A stretch of 63,762 nt of DNA, counting the filler, from Chiloscyllium plagiosum (lineage: Eukaryota), in the NCBI RefSeq assembly GCF_004010195.1. It is 3 parts of one record of this genome, joined end to end, with 100 filler letters (N's around TTAATTAATTAA, not from the genome) between each part and the next. Parts side by side here need not be neighbours in the genome. Positions count along the whole stretch, not along the records: positions 28,058 to 58,468 come from NC_057716.1; 2 more parts are not named here. The stretch is one strand, 5' to 3'. Below, one piece after another: positions 37,769 to 50,900 of the stretch. A program made the position numbers and the translations under genes. Within the stretch, counting starts at the first letter, position 1. Every line of letters starts with the position of its first letter. The notes under the pieces are model-generated. The model made no database searches and was not told the DNA's origin. It saw nothing but the letters and a program-made list of their open reading frames with translations.

Positions 37769-39981
37769 AGCATTTATTGAGAGAGAAGTTTCACTCTCTG
37801 TGGTCCTTGAAGTCAGGGAAGGGTTTTTGTTAGGCATTAACTGCACAATGTGACACTCCTTCCTCAAAGGAGGACACACAGGTCTCCCACTAGCTCTCTA
37901 CCTGGCAGGGAAGACTTCATTGCTTCAATTAAATACAACACTTTTCTTCTCTTTCTTTCCCTAATTTGGCTCCAACTCATTAATGATTGTCTATACCTGT
38001 TGACCAAAATAAGAACAGTAATAGTGCTTCCATCTTTTAATAACTTAAAGACTTCTATCAAATTATGCCACTGATTTTTCTACTTGGATTTGAAATTTGT
38101 GTCCGAAATGCGCAAATACATTTCTGTTACAACTAAGAATATGGCGGAGGAAGGGTTATTCCTCCAGCTCTTTCTGCAGATGTTTAATTGTTTGCTTATG
38201 TTAGGTCGTGTTTCATTAGTGTTTCATTTTTTTTAAATGTAAAATGTGAGTTTATTTATTAGGACTTGAAAGGCCAGCAGGAATGAGAACTTTAGATGGT
38301 GCTATGAAATACTAAACCCCCTCCCTTCTGAAATTCTTTTCTGAAGAAAAGGTTTATTATCTGGAGTCTGTTATTGTATCTGCAGACTTGAAAGGAAACA
38401 CACAGCCACAAACAATTTTAAATTTCCTAAAGACATCATAGTTTTAGGTTAGTCTGAATGGCGGTGTTTACATCTCTCGCGAAGGCCAGGAAAAATGATT
38501 GCACTAATTGGTCAAGTGACTGACATTTACCATTGCAAGCCTGTCCTTTTCCTGAAAACACTTGATCGAGCTTTTCAGTTCAGCATGCTGCCTTCAATTA
38601 GAGGTTGATGCTCAGGCAGGCTTCTCAAGTAAACCGAATCCTCATTTTATTGAATAAGTTCCTGTTCCAGTCACTAAGCAGCACAAAGGCACAAACCTTT
38701 TCCTAACTGATTGGATTCCCTCTTATTAAATTTCTTGTTTGGCCGTGACAAAGATTTTTGTTTGCATTTAGCTAATGCACATTTCAGTTAAAATTAGCTC
38801 AAAACTAAGGATCCAATTACAAGATTTCCGCAGTGAAAGAAAAAAAAACTTTGTTACTCATCCTGAGAAAAATAATAAAACACACCAAACTGTCCAGTTT
38901 GCTGGGTTAACGCACTGGGAAATTAGAGAGAGAGAGAGAGAGACCACCTCCCTTACCCAGAAGTCTGAAGGCTTCTCACAAGCTTGTTCAGTTAGCCAGG
39001 AGTGAAGTCATCAGGATGATAACCTCTGACCTCTGCAACTGATCACAATTCCACAAACCAAACAGCAACTAGTTGCCAGCCAAATCTCATTTTGTGTAGA
39101 TACTATGGTGCCATGCTATCTTCCATTACATTTACCCACAATGCTTGCAAAGCAACAGTGTAAACACGATTTACAATGACTTTTATAAAAAAAGGGACAG
39201 CAAAGCCTTCTTTAGTCCTTTTCCCAATTCAGTCCACAATCAAATATAGAGCAAAATAAAAAAGATGCAGTCTTTACAAATCACACACGAACATAGGTAT
39301 GAAGTTGAAAATAACATAATTATATTGTACAAACAGAGATTAAAAGTCCTTAGAGTCTTTGGAGTGTTGGAGTTTTACCTGGGACTATGGTTGTTTAATT
39401 GATGTCCTTCCTCAATAATAGCAAAATATGTAGGTATCTTCGAGTTCACAGAATCATAGAATCCCAACAGTGAGGGAGCAGGCCATTTAGCCCTTCGAGT
39501 CTGCACCAACCCTCTTAGTGAATGGATGTTTCACTAATTTGTTTTAACAATGAGCACTGGCTGAAGTGAACAGGGAGAGAGGGTCTTCCAGTGACAAATC
39601 TATTTTTATTTCCCTTTGCTCAAGTGAATTTGTCTGAAATATAATTCATTAATGTATTTCTATTTCTGATTCATTGTTCTTCCAAACTGAGTAATGTACA
39701 AATTACTTTCATCTCCAATATGTGAACCTTATTCAGAAAGATGTAAACTAACCAGGAGAGAAGGATCTGAGTGAGCTGCCAGAGGAAGTTGTGGAGGCTG
39801 GTATAATTACAACCTTTAAAAGGCATTTGAATGGGTGTGTCAATTGGAAGGGTTTAGAGGGATATGGGCCAAGTACTGGCAAATGGAACTAGATTAGTTT
39901 AGGATATCTGATTGGCATGGATGAGTTTGACCGAAGGGTCTGTTTCCGTGCTGTACATCTGACTCTATGATAGGTTTTAGT

Positions 39982-40760
39982 TACAAAAACAGAGGTTACT
40001 GGAAAAGCTCAGCAGGTCTGGCAGCACTTGTGAAAAGAAATCAAAGTTAACGTTTTGGGTCTAATGACCCTTCCTCAGAACTGATGATAACTAGGAAAAT
40101 GTCAGTCTATACGCAGAAGATAGGGTGAGGGAGAGGTAAGGAGTAAATGATAGGTAGAGGTAGAGCCCAAAGAGAGAGAAGAACAGTTGGTCAGACAAAG
40201 GAGTAGATAATGATTTGGCTAGGAGGGTGAATAGCTGTTAATGGAGCCTGTTAGTGGCTAACAGTATGTAGTGTGTAATAGCCGACAATGTGACAACAAG
40301 GCCTGATGTGTGAGGTAGAGGGCTAGGACATGGGAGAGGTCAGGTCCTAAAATTATTGAACTTGATATTGATTCTGGAGGGCTGCAGGGTCTGACCCAGT
40401 TGAGGGCCCTGTTGACAATGCTGCTGAGGAATACTTAGTTGAGAAAGAAGGTGGACATTTCGGAGGCTCCCTTGTTGAAGTTGGCCTGATCAGAACATAT
40501 GTAACGGAGATGGGGGAACTGGGAGAATGGAGTCTTTACAGGTAACAGAGTGTGAGGATGGGTAGTCCAGGTAACTGTGGGAGTCAGTGGGTGTATGGGA
40601 GACAGTCTATCCCCAAAAATGGAAACAGTGATGTCAAGGAAGGGAAGAGATAGACCGGGTGAAAGTGAGGGTGGGGAAGAAATGTGGAAGTGAAATTGAT
40701 GAACTTTTCCAATTCCAGACAAGAAAGGGAAACAACACCAATGATGATATCATCGGTTTC
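39982..40760 (-). mobile_element. Internally deleted Penelope-like element (third family) with hammerhead-like motif at 40046-40081
   Basis: ORF remnant LPFLDITVSI...PFSQF.HLRYICSDQ (Penelope RT C-terminus); minus strand GTT-CTGAGGA-A-GGGTC-ATTA-GACCC-AAAACGTT-AAC. Confidence 0.75.
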
Positions 40761-41029
40761 AGTTGTTTTGGTTTTATGCTAATTTCAGTTCAAACTGGTT
40801 CTTATTTATTGATGGTTGCATGAGCTTGCGCAACTTGTGGTCATATGATCACTGGAGCCACCTTATGCCAGGGCTTTTTCCTTTTAAAAAAACATTTTAG
40901 CTCATGAAAAGTCCCAGGTATTTAAAACCAGATGATGATGGAAATTGAAAATTAACAGTCTATATTTTACCACTGTCATAACATTTTATTGACCAGCGAA
41001 GGTTATGTTCCAGCAGATCATACTAAAGA

Positions 41030-42400
41030 CATAGAAAATAGGAAAATGAGTATGCCATTTGGCCCTTCAAGCCTGCTCCACCATTCATTATGATCACGGT
41101 TGAACATCCAACTCAATAGCCTGATCTCACTTTCCCCTCATATCCAACTCCTTTTTCAAGTTGCCCTATATTCTGGCTTTGACTGTTTTTTGTGGTAGCA
41201 AATTCATAGTCCCACCACTGTCTGGGTGAAAACGTTCTCCTCATCTCAGTCCCAAATGGTCTACTCCACTACATTAGATTGTGACACCTTGTTCTGGACT
41301 ACCTCCTTATCAGAAACATCCTTCCTACATTTACACAATCTTGTCCTGTTAGACTTCTATAGTTTTCTATGAGGTACCCCTCATTCTTCAGAATGCCAGT
41401 AAACATAATCCTAAGCAATTCAGAGTCCCCTCATACATCTGTCCTGCCATCCCAGGAATCAGTCAGATAAACGTTTGCTACACTCGCTCTCTAGTAAAAA
41501 CATCATTCCTCAAATAAGGAGACCAAAACTGCAGACAATATTCTAGGTGTGGCTTTGTTATCACATAGTCTGTCATTAAACACTACGTACTGAATAATTG
41601 CAGTAAGACATCCGTGTTCCTGCATTCAAAAACCAACATAAAATTTGCCTTCTTGATCACCTGTTGCACCTACAAGCTTACATTTAGTAACTGGTGTTCA
41701 AGGACACCTAGGTCTCCCTACACATTCCTCTCTCCTAGCCATTCTTGATAATGAGCCACCTTCCTGTTTGTCCACATTTATCCACATTATTCTGTATCTG
41801 TCATGCATTCGCCCACTCACTCAGCTTGGTCAAATCACACTGAAGAATCTATGCATATTCCTCACAGTTCACCCTCCCATCCAGCTTTGTATCCATCCGC
41901 AGATGTGCAGACATTACATTTAGTTCCCTCATCTAAATAACTAACACACATCACTGGGGCCTCAGCACTGGTCCTTGTGGTATCCCAGTAGTCACAGCCT
42001 GCCATTTGGAAAATGATTCATTAATTCCAACTCTTTACTTTCTGGTTTTCTATCACTCCCCCTAGATCTCATGTGTGTTAATTTTACAGCTATTCTCTAA
42101 AGGGTTAACTTATCAAAAGTCTCCTAAATGTCCAAATTAACCACATGCACTGGCCCCTGATCATCAACTCTACAAGTCACATCCTCAAAGAATTCCATTT
42201 GATTTGTCAAGCATGATTTCCCTTTTGTGAATCCATGCTGACTTTGGCTAATCCGGCCACAGTTCTGCAAGTGCTCAGCTACTGAATCTTTTATAATGAA
42301 CTCCAGCATTTTCCCCAGCTCTGCTGTCAAGCTGACTGGTTTATAATTCCCTGTTTTCCTATTTTTTTAAATAGAGGGAACTGTTCCAGAGTCTACACAG
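41030..42400 (-). mobile_element. Old CR1 (outer element of a nested stack); appears to continue at about 47966-48740
   Basis: SQHGFTKGKSCLTN.MEFFEDVT in this block; KADKSQELDNIHPSIL and KPWLTKEI in the distal block. Confidence 0.7.
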
Positions 42401-42720
42401 TCACAATACAGAACATTACAGCACAGTACAGGCCCTTTGGCCCTTGATATTGCACCGACCTGTGAAATCAATCCGAAGCACATCCTTTCTACGCTATTCC
42501 ATTTTCATCCATATGTCTATCCAATGACCATTTAAATACCCTCAAAGTTGGCGGGTCTACTATTGCTGCAGGCAGTGCCTTCCACACCCCTACTACTCTG
42601 AAGAACCTACCTCTAAAATCTGTCCTATATCTATCACCCTATTTAAAGTTGTGTCCCCTTGTGCTAGTCATCAGCATCCGAGGAAAAAGACTCTCACTGT
42701 CCAACCTATCTAATCCTCTG

Positions 42721-44060
42721 ATAGAACATAGAACAATACAGCGCAGAACAGGCCCTTTGGCCCTCAATGTTGCACCGACCTGTGAACTATTCTCAGCCCG
42801 TCCCCTTAACACTATCCCATCATCATCATCCATGTGCTTATCCAAGGATTGTTTAAATCTCCCTAATGTGGCTGACTTAACTACATTGGCAGGTAGGGCA
42901 TTCCACACCCTTACCACTATCTGAGTAAATTCCTGCCTCTGACATTTGACTTAAATCTATCAGCCTTCAATTTGTAGTTATGCCCCCTCATACAAGCTGA
43001 CATCATCATCCTCGGAAAAAGACTTTCACTGTCTAACCTATCTAATCCTCTGATCATCTTGTATGTCTCTATCAAATCCCCCCTTAGCCTTCTTCTTTGC
43101 AATGAGAACAGACCCAAGTCTCTCAGCCTTTCCTCATAAGAACTTCCCTCCAGACTAGGCCACATCCTCATAAATCTCCTCTGCAACTTTTCCAATGCTT
43201 CCATATCCTTCCCAAAATATGGCAACTAGAACTGTAGACAATATACCAAGTGCGGCCGCACCAGCGTTTTGTATAGTTGCAGCATAATATTGAGGCTCTG
43301 GAACTCAATCCCTCTACGAATTAAACCTAACACACCGTATGCCTTCTTAACAGCACTATCAACCTGCGTGGCAACTTTCAGGGATCTATGTACATGGACT
43401 CCAAGATCCCTCTGCACATCCACACTACCGAGAAGCTTTCCATTGTCCCAGTACTCTGCCTTCCTGTTATTCTTCCCAAAGTGAATCACCTCATATTTAG
43501 CTACCTCTCAGCCCAAATCTGCAGTTTATCCCCCTGCAACCTGTAACATTCTTCCAAACTGTCCACTACTCCACTGACTTTAGCGTCACCTGCAAATTTA
43601 CTAATCCATCCACCTATGCCTGCTTCTAAGTCATTTATAAAAATGATAAACAGCAGTGGTCCCAAAACAGATCCTTGTGGCACACCACTAGTAACTGAAC
43701 TCCAGGCTGAATATTTTCCATCAACCACCACTCGCTGCTTTCTTTCAGAAAGCCAGTTTCTAATCCAAACTGCTAAATTACCCTCAAACCCATGCCTCTG
43801 CATTTTCTCCAGCAGCCTACCATGTGGAACCTTACCAAAGGCTTTACTGAAGTCCATGTATACCACGTCAACTGCCCTAACTTCATCTACATGCTTGGTC
43901 ACCTTCTCAAAAAACTCAATGAGGTTTGTGAGACACGACCAGCCCTTGATGAAACCATGTTGACTATCTGAAATCAAATTGTTGCTTGCTAGATGATTAT
44001 TAATCTCATCTCTTATAATCCTTTGCATAACCTTTCCTACAACAGAAGTAAGGCTCACTG
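42721..44060 (-). mobile_element. CR1 RT fragment nested within the 42405-47650 CR1
   Basis: Own ctatgttctat tail at 42721; ORF SLTSVVGK...SQHGF...VYMDFSKAF.KV...[14 protein letters not shown]. Confidence 0.88.
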
Positions 44061-44364
44061 ATTATCTTGTATGTCTCAATTAAGTCACCTCTTAACCTTC
44101 TCACTAATGAAAACAGCCTCAAGTCCCTCAGCCATTCCTCATAAGACCTTCCCTTCATACCAGGCAACATCCTAGTAAATTTCCTCTGAACCCTTTCCAA
44201 TGCTTCCACATCCTTCCTATAATGCTGTGACCAGAACTGTACACAATACTCCAAGTCCGGCCACATCAGAGTTTTGTACAGCTGCAGCTAAACCTCATAG
44301 TTCCGAAGCTTGAGTCCTCTACTAATAAAAGCTAACACACCGTATGCCTTCTTACCAACCCTCT

Positions 44365-44570
44365 AGGAGAAAGTGAGGACTGCAGATGCTGGAGATCAGA
44401 GCTGAAAATATGTTGCTGGAAAAGCGCAGCAGGTCAGGCAGCATCCAAGGAGCAGGAGAATCGACGTTTCAGGCAGGATTCCTGAAGAAGGGCTCATGCC
44501 CGAAACGTCGATTCTCCTGCTCCTTGGATGCTGCCTGACCTGCTGCGCTTTTCCAGCAACACATTTTCAG
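44365..44570. mobile_element. Foldback Penelope terminal-repeat element with hammerhead motif (44478-44513, +)
   Basis: CTGAAGA-A-GGGC-TCAT-GCCC-GAAACGTC; flanks ttcttaccaaccctct / ttcttaacaaccctat (16 bp, 2 mismatches). Confidence 0.85.
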
Positions 44571-45719
44571 TTCTTAACAACCCTATCAACCTGGGTGACA
44601 ACTTTCAGGGATCTATGAACATGGACACCGAGATCTCTCTGCTCATCTGCACTACCAAGTATCTTACCATTAGCCCAATACTCTGCACACCTGTTGCTCC
44701 TTCCAAAGTGAATCACCTCACACTTTTCCGCATTAAATTCCATTTGTCACCTCTCAGCTCAGCTCTGCAGCTTATCTATGTTCCTCTGTAACCTACAACA
44801 TCCTTCAGCACCATCCACAACTCCGCTGACCTTAGTGTCATCCGCAAATTTACTAACCCATCCTTCTATGCCCTCATCCAGGTCATTTATAAAATTGACA
44901 AACAGCAGTGGTCCCAAAACAGATCCTTGCGGTACAAAACAGAGAACCCAAAACAGTAACTAAACTCCAGGATGAACATTTCACATCAACCACCACCCTG
45001 TCTTCTTTCAGCTGGTGTATTTCTGATCCAAACTAATAAATCACCATCAATCCCATGCGTCTATATTTTGCTCAATAGCCTACCATGCAGAACCTTCTCG
45101 GATGCCTTACTGAAATCCATTTACACCACATCAACCTCTTTACCCTAATCTACCTGTTTGGTCACCTTCCCAAAGAACTCAATAAGGTTCGTGAGGCGCA
45201 ACCTACTCTTCACAAAACAGTGTTGACTATCCCTAATCAAATTATTCCTTTCCAGATGATTATAAATCCTCTCCCTTATAACCCTTTCCAACACTTCAGC
45301 TACAACCAAAATAAGGCTCAGTGGTCTATAATTGCCAGGGTTGCTCTACTCCCCTTCTTGAACAAGGGAACAACATGTGCTATCCTTCAGTCTTCTGGCA
45401 TTATTCCTGTAGACAACGACAACATAATGATCAAAGCCAAAGGCTCGGCAATCTCGTCCCTGGCTTCCCAGAGAATCCTGGGATAAATCCCATCTGGCCC
45501 AGGGGACTTATCTATTTTCACACTTGCCAGAATTGCTAACACCTCCTCCATGTGAACTTCAATCCCATCTTTCTAGTACCCTGTATCTCTGTATCCTTGA
45601 CAACATTGTCTTTTCCTAGTGTGAATACTAGAAAAATATTCACGTAGTACTTCCCATCTCCTTGGACTCCACGCACAACTTCCCACTATTATCCTTGATT
45701 GGCCCTAATCTTATTCTAG

Positions 45720-45845
45720 GTAAAACAAGGACTGCAGATGCTGGAATAGAGCTATTCCTGATGAAGGGCTTTTGCCCGAAAACGTCGATTTTCCTGCTCC
45801 TTGGATGCTGCCTAACCTCCTGTGCTTTTCCAGCACCACTCTAAT
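45720..45845. mobile_element. Short inverted Penelope terminal-repeat insertion with hammerhead motif (45758-45786, +)
   Basis: CTGATGA-A-GGGC-TTTT-GCCC-GAAAACGTC; perfect 15-bp direct repeat ctaatcttattctag at 45705-45719 and 45846-45860. Confidence 0.85.
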
Positions 45846-46019
45846 CTAATCTTATTCTAGTCATTCTTTTATTCCTGATATACCTATAGAAAGCCTTAGG
45901 GTTTTTCTTGATCCTATCTGCCAACAATTTCTCATGTCCCCTCTTGACTCTTCTTACTTCTCTCTTTATGTCTTTTCTGGCTAACTTGTAACTCTCAAGC
46001 GCCCTAACTGAGCGTTCAC

Positions 46020-47555
46020 ATCTCATCTGATCATAAGCCATCTTCTTCCTCTTGACAAGAGATTCAACTTCCTTAGTAAACCACAGCTCCCTCACTCGAC
46101 AACTTCCTCCCTGCCTGCCAGGTACATACTTATCAAGGACCTGCAGTAGCTGGTCCTTGAGTAAACTCCACATTTCTATTGTGCCCATCCCCTGCAATTT
46201 TGTTCCCCATCCTATGCATTCTAAATCTTGTCTAGTTGCATCATAATTGTCTTTCCCCCAGCGATAACTCTTGCCCTGATGTATATACCTCTCCTGTTCC
46301 ATCGCTAAAGTAAACATAACCGAATTGTGGTCACTATCACCAAAGTGCTCATCTACCTCCAAATCTAACACCTGGCTGGGTTCATTACCCGGTACCAAAT
46401 CTAATGTGGCCTCGCCCCTTGTTGGCTTGTCTACATATCGAGGTAAAAACAATGACTGCAGAAGCTGGAAACCAGAGTCTAGATTAGAGAGGTGCTGGAA
46501 AAGCACAGCAGTTCAGGCAGCATCCGAGGAGCAGTAAAATTGACGTTTCGGGCAAAAGCCCTTCATCAGGAATACAGGCAGAGAGCCTGAAGAGCTGTTC
46601 TTGTCTACATATTGAGTCAGGAAACCCTTTTGCACACATTGGACAAAAACTGACCAATCTAAAGTATCTAAACTATAGTATTCCCAGTCAATATTTGGAA
46701 AGTTAAAGACCCCACAACAACTACCCTGTCACTCTCGCTCTTATTGAGAACCATCTTTGCTATCCTTTCCTCTACATCTCTGGAACTATCTCATCTGATC
46801 ATAAGCCATCTTCTTCCTCTTGACAAGAGATTCAACTTCCTTAGTAAACCACAGCTCCCTCACTCGACAACTTCCTCCCTGCCTGCCAGGTACATACCTA
46901 TCAAGGACCTGCAGTAGCTGGTCCTTGAGTAAGCTCCACATTTCTATTGTGCCCATCCCCTGCAGTTTTGTTCCCCATCCTATGCATTCTAAATCTTGTC
47001 TAGTTGCATCATAATTGTCTTTCCCCCAGCGATAACTCTTGCCCTGATGTATATACCTCTCCTGTTCCATCGCTAAAGTAAACATAACCGAATTGTGGTC
47101 ACTATCACCAAAGTGCTCATCTACCTCCAAATCTAACACCTGGCTGGGTTCATTACCCGGTACCAAATCTAATGTGGCCTCGCCCCTTGTTGGCTTGTCT
47201 ACATATTGAGGTAAAAACAATGACTGCAGAAGCTGGAAACCAGAGTCTAGATTAGAGAGGTGCTGGAAAAGTACAGCAGTTCAGGCAGCATCCGAGGAGC
47301 AGTAAAATTGACGTTTCGGGCAAAAGCCCTTCATCAGGAATACAAGCAGAAAGCCTGAAGAGCTGTTCTTGTCTACATATTGAGTCAGGAAACCCTTTTG
47401 CACACATTGGACAAAAACTGACCAATCTAAAGTACTTAAACTATAGTATTCCCAGTCAATATTTGGAAAGTTAAAGACCCCACAACAACTACCCTGTCAC
47501 TCTCGCTCTTATTGAGAATCATTTTTGCTATCCTTTCCTCTACATCTCTAGAACT
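46020..47555. repeat. Tandem duplication of a 768-bp unit
   Basis: 46020-46787 and 46788-47555 are collinear, with roughly a dozen substitutions seen by eye. Confidence 0.92.
46443..46599 (-). mobile_element. Penelope terminal repeat with hammerhead motif; duplicated at 47211-47367
   Basis: 17-bp direct repeat cttgtctacatat(c/t)gag on both flanks; motif at 46542-46569 and 47310-47337. Confidence 0.85.
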
Positions 47556-47650
47556 ATTTGGAGGCCTACAGAAAACTCCCAAAAGAGTGACCTCTCCTTT
47601 CCTGTTTCTAACCTCAGCCCACACTACCTCAGTAGACGAGTCCTCAAACG

Positions 47651-47955
47651 TCACTACAGTATGGCCCAAAAAGTCAAGCCGACCCTCCGAACAGTAACCC
47701 AGCCAGACCCATTCCCCTACTCTATATTTACTCCTGACTAATGCACCTAACACAATGGGCAATTTAGCATGGCCAATTCACCTAATTTGCACATCTTTGG
47801 CTTGTGAGAGGAAACCGGAGCACCCAGAGGAAACCCGCACCGACAGGGGGAGAATGTGCTAACTCCACACAGACAGTCACCCGAGGTGGTAATCGAACCC
47901 AGGTCCCTGGCGCTGTGAGGCAGCAGTGCTAACCACTGAGCCACCATGCCGCCCC
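47651..47955 (-). mobile_element. HE1-like (V-SINE) SINE
   Basis: Reverse complement starts ggggcggcatggtggctcagtggttagcactgctgcctcacagcgccaggga. Confidence 0.85.
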
Positions 47956-50900
47956 TTCTCTGCTCTTACTGAAAAAGATGGTAAAAGACAGGGTGGTATG
48001 GCATTGACAACCAATGCATCCACAATTTCACTTTGTTAAGTATGCTGGGATGTATATTATCAAGCTCTTGAGATTTATCTGCCTTAAATCCTATCAATTT
48101 CTCCAACTTCCCTATTAATACTGATTTCCTTAAATCTATCCCTTTCACTAAATGTTGTGCATTCTCCATCATTTCCGGGATATAGTCAATCTGTTCTTTG
48201 GTCCCCATTAAAATTTTCCAATGTTTCTATCTATATGGGATCGACATTTGTCTTCACCAATTGTTTTCTCTTCACATACCTATAGAACCTTTTAAAATCA
48301 GATTTTATGGTCCCCACAAACTGCCTCTCTTACTTTATTTTCCTTTCCTTAAACAATCCATTTGTTCTCATTTATTGAATTCTAAACTGCTCCCTCACCT
48401 CAGGTCTATTATTCTTTCTCGTCAATTTGTATGTCTCTTCCTTGGATCTATTACTAGCTCTTATTTCCTTTGTAAGCCACGGTTTGGACATCTTTCCTGT
48501 TTTAATTGTGCACCTGACAGGAATGAACAACTTACACCTTGCACAATCGTAATTTCCTCTGTGTACATTCAGGTCCCTCATCTCAGAATCAATGATGTCA
48601 CTTTCCACCTTGATGAGGAAGTATATCATATATTATCGTGATCAGCCCCAAGGGGCCTTGCACAACTAAATTGCCAATTATGCCTTTCTCATTAAACCAA
48701 CCAAGTCTAGATTGGCTTGTTCTCTGACTGGTTTTTTAACGCATTGTCCTTGATTCCCCTTCTCTGACTCCTTGCATGAGTTCTCATTCCCCATCAATAG
48801 ATATCTTAACTAACTCACTGTGGAACAGGGAATTGGTTAGACTGTTCCTGGCCCCATGGTGACAGCAAACAAATATAAATGGTTTGCCTTTTGTGCTTCA
48901 TGCATGGCGACTACCCAGCACAAGTTGAATACCAACACGATGAAGCCCTTACCTCAGTTGTAATTCCTCATTTAAGGGTCTCAACTGGCAGCAGAGCAAG
49001 AAGGTTATCCACAACTTTTCTCACCCTCAAAATGTAACTGGGGTAGAGGCAGGGAGATGGCTTGATCTTTATCCAACACCCTACAGCCCTATTAAACCCC
49101 CTGCCAAGAAATTTGTTTAGAGATTAAATTCAGATCGTAACAAAGGGAAAGGAAGATTGGATTAAGTGAAACGAAACGAAGACAAAGTATGTCTGTTTTT
49201 AAATCGGTCAATGACTTCCTTCCTGGACTGAGACTCCAAAATTACAATTATTCCTCCCTGGGCCAGAGCGGTTGAGCAACATTGCAGGGATACAAATTTA
49301 TTTTTATGACAAAGCAATTAAGCACCAACCCTAACCTTCTGCACTGAGGTTTGCAAGGTAATTAATGAGCAAATCAGCAATTTCTTGAAGCTCATAGGGA
49401 GGTTTACTGGGATCTCCCACACTTCTGCCAGTAAGTGACAGCTTCTACAGTAAATTTAGATGATTTACAAGATTGCATTTCCTCTCAACAAGTTGCTGAA
49501 AGAGTTGCACATTAATAATGGCAAATGCCATGCAATTTGTCCTTGTTTCTGCAGCAAAATGTAGGCTCTCTTTTCCATCCACAAGGATAGTGAGATGGAA
49601 TCCCCCCTACCCACCCCTCCATATTCATTGTTCAATACTACAACAACAAACAACTACCACACACTAAATCCTGCATTGATATTGTGCCTTTAATCTGGGA
49701 AAGAACCTCAAGCTAATTCAGATAGCCAGCCAGTGTTGGCAATCAACTTAACAATATCATAGAATCACAAAACTGTTATGGCATAGGAAGAGGCATTCAA
49801 TCCATTGTGCCTGCACTGGTTCTATTACCCAGTGACAATCCTGTCCCTTTTCCCCATGTCCCTAAGCATAATTTCAATTCAAATAATTATCCAATGCCCT
49901 TTTCAATGTCTCAATCAAACCTGCCTTCACATTTCCAGGCAATACATACTATACCCTAACTTCTCATTGTATCAAAGTTTTTAATTACATAAATCTGGAA
50001 GGATATCATGCCCCCGGAGAGGTTGTGGATGATACCTACAAGAATGGTGCCACTGATGAGGTTATTTGCAGAGACTGATGAAGCCAGTGTTGCTATTCTT
50101 TGAACAGCAAGACTAAAGGGAGCAATAACTGGGAACAAAGTGAGCAATCGGAGATTTTCTCGAGGGTTTAATGGTTACGAAAAGATTTGACAGAGTGAGA
50201 CTTAAGGGTGTATAACCAGAGGCCAGAGATGGAACGTTAATTGGCAAAGTAATCAGAGAATCAGCATCACAGAGGTCTACAGCACAGAAAAAGGCCCTTC
50301 AGCCCATCGAGTCTGCACTGGTCAGAAACAACCACCTAACTATACTAATCCCATTTTCCAGCACTTGGCCCATAGCCTTGTATGCATTGGCAGGAGCACA
50401 TTCTTTATATGTAGACAGTTACTTTGTTCTAAAAGGCACTAACTGAACAGGTGTTTGAAACAGATTCAGTCACAATCTTTAAATGGAAATGAAACACTCT
50501 TACAGGAATATGATGCAAAGCTTGTGGGCTATAAATTGTCAAGTGAACTGATGTGTCCTTTAACAAGTCAGCTGAGGTTTAGTGGATCAAACAGTTTCCT
50601 TCTGTACTATATGATTCTACGATAAAGAAATCACGGATACAGTGTTGCTCAAATACAATGCCTCAGGATATTTGATCTATTCAGTTTACCAAGGAGTGAC
50701 ATGACTGCCAGCAAGATGCTTTCACTGGGAGGTGTTGGCTTCAGTTAATTAAGTGCATGTTGTAAGGCACAAAAAGTCAGTCCCAATCAAAGGGAAAATG
50801 CCTCTGAGGTTTGGAAGCAGATTAAATGATCCCAACATTAAAAACACAAAGTCACTGCAGTTGCACATGTGGGGGCCTTTTATCCAGAGGCTAAACAAAT

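Larger units (their letters stand above)
42405..47650 (-). mobile_element. Younger CR1 ORF2 (RT and endonuclease), itself interrupted by another CR1, Penelope repeats and a tandem duplication
   Basis: 3' end at 42405-42720 resumes at 44061 (taatcctctg|attatcttgt); endonuclease motifs LDLV and GDSDHN at 46300-47650. Confidence 0.85.
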
